DNA of 63,882 nt, counting the filler, from an uncultured Methanosarcinales archaeon (GTDB taxonomy: Archaea > Nanobdellota > Nanobdellia > Woesearchaeales > CAYSVS01), in the NCBI GenBank assembly GCA_964434475.1. It is 32 parts of 32 records of this genome, joined end to end, with 100 filler letters (N's around TTAATTAATTAA, not from the genome) between each part and the next. Parts side by side here need not be neighbours in the genome. Positions count along the whole stretch, not along the records: positions 62,315 to 63,882 come from CAYSVS010000141.1; 31 more parts are not named here. One strand, 5' to 3'. The notes under the pieces are model-generated. The model saw only the letters and a program-made list of their open reading frames with translations, did not search any database and had not been told where the DNA came from. This document shows positions 62,315-63,882 of this stretch, piece by piece; the first letter of the stretch is position 1, and each line of letters begins with the position of its first letter. Position numbers and translations under genes: made by a program.

Positions 62315-63882
62315 ACGCAATCGTCTCTTCGGAATATGTATATGCAATCTCCTTGCCGTCCCTGAGAGAGATGATCGCGTTGGGTGGTACGGATGACGGT
62401 ATTTTTACCGAGATTCCCCTCATGGGAACCGGATCATAGAACGTCGTGGCAAAATGGCCCGATGAATTGACGAGACTCAAGAGAAGTTGTTTCGGTTGGG
62501 TGCATTTTCGCTGAAGGGTAATCTCAACCATCGGACCTGCATCGGTTTGTATCTGCTCCATCTCTAGAACGTCACCCAGCAATGCAGTAATGAACCTGGA
62601 GGTGTTCACATACCCCTCACGGAAGAAGAGTTCTCCAGGCAGCCACGGAAGATATACCGCACGCCCCTTCCCTGCCTGCTTCACGGTGAATCCAGGCAGG
62701 GCTGTTTCCTGAGTGTAGTAACACCGTTCCGGCGGTCCATATTGATGCGGTGGTATCATACAGAGATGTTTGCTCGTATCTTCGACGTAGTCCGCGAAGA
62801 CGTAAGTATCGCCGAAATAGAGGAGTTCCGTATCGGATACGGTAGGGAACGACCCAGCTTCGCCAATCTCAAACATCGCACTGCGCATGTCCGATCGGAT
62901 ATGCACAACCTTCTTGATTCCTAACGAATCAATTACGGGTTTCTTCCGTTCCTCGTACTCTTCGGTATAGAAACCGGTCCTGCCTGTCGCGACGATGCGT
63001 CCGCCGTTTGAGACAAATAGGTCGATCTTCTTCCCGAGAGTGTCTGAGAGATATTTCACCTCCGGCAGAACAATGCATGAATATCTACCAAGATCCAATT
63101 CGGATAGGTTCTCTATACGAACTTCATCGAACGGAAAATGATCTTCGGTGAGGAATCGGACCCATCCCTTGTCCTCGGAGCTCAGGCCGCCACCGAGATC
63201 TCTCACTAACAATGTTTTCGCTCGGGATTCCAATCCCATATAGATTTTTTCGTTACGATTATGATAACCGAACACCTTCTTGACCCTGGCGAATCCCGAT
63301 CGGTCCCTGTGGTTGTCGAGGCGCCCGATGAGATAGTAATCCAAGGCTCCCCCGTTTGCCAGATTCTGCCAGAGACGCAACTCCTGCTGTGCGGGATTGA
63401 CCGCTACATGCCGATAATAGAATCCGATAAAATCTACGCTAGTGTTCGAACTTACCGTCTCCGGTTTCGAAGTACGCACCCACCGAGTATTCGAGGAGGC
63501 GTCATACTGCCAACGCGGCAGAGGCCTATCAATTTCCGTGTTCGATTCCTGCCGTTGGAATTCGTAATGATTCATCGCCACATCGGGTCGCAGTCTCCTG
63601 ATGAGGGAGTGCATTCTATCTTCCCAATCACCAACCCATTGCTTCTTGAGAATCTCATATTTCCTCACGATCGGATCCGCAAGGTCGGCACTGCTGGGAA
63701 GATCCCATCCGGTTTCACTCCTGAAACGGTCTCTACATGCCTTGCAATGGCAAATTCCATAGTGGTTGTAGCTGTAATCCCTTACCTGGAATCCACCCAT
63801 GTTGAAAAACACTCCATCGATTTCGAGGGTGTTCAGAATCTCTTCGGCGATCGAGAACGCGTACTCCTGCTGGTAGCCGCCG
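62315..63882 (-). CDS. Glycoside hydrolase-like protein with beta-galactosidase trimerisation-type domain (internal fragment)
   Basis: DGVFFNM, CHC..C...F motif and a GATase-like region IVLPEV...GGRIVATG. Confidence 0.75.

Overview
This window is not one locus. It is 32 short metagenomic contigs of about 1.6-2.3 kb, roughly sorted by length and joined by artificial N-TTAATTAATTAA-N linkers, so no gene neighbourhood holds across a linker. The contigs come from mixed taxa: AT-rich DPANN/Woesearchaeota-like archaea, deltaproteobacteria/myxobacteria-like, spirochaete-like and GC-rich alphaproteobacteria-like sources. Many are IS elements (IS1634, two IS1380, two IS5, IS6, IS1182-like, ISNCY-like, a two-ORF -1 frameshift DDE element and a ParB-carrying IS21-like element). 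Also present are a type I-B cas1-cas2-CRISPR array, a type III R-M fragment, an MNT-HEPN pair, housekeeping and metabolic genes, and an archaeal tRNA-Ser with two introns. The most interesting signals are: (1) an archaeal-looking AEP primase fused in frame, across one TAA, to a degenerate Xer-like domain and followed by an attC-like site; (2) a helicase/XRE mobile element with two inverted dif-like sites that could fold into a CTXphi-style attP hairpin; (3) an IS seen only by its ends at six sites on five archaeal contigs, two of which bracket a surface-protein gene; and (4) bacterial-type mnmH and a dsrH-lipA-lipoate ligase cluster on archaeal-looking contigs. All family assignments come from motif recognition; no searches were run.
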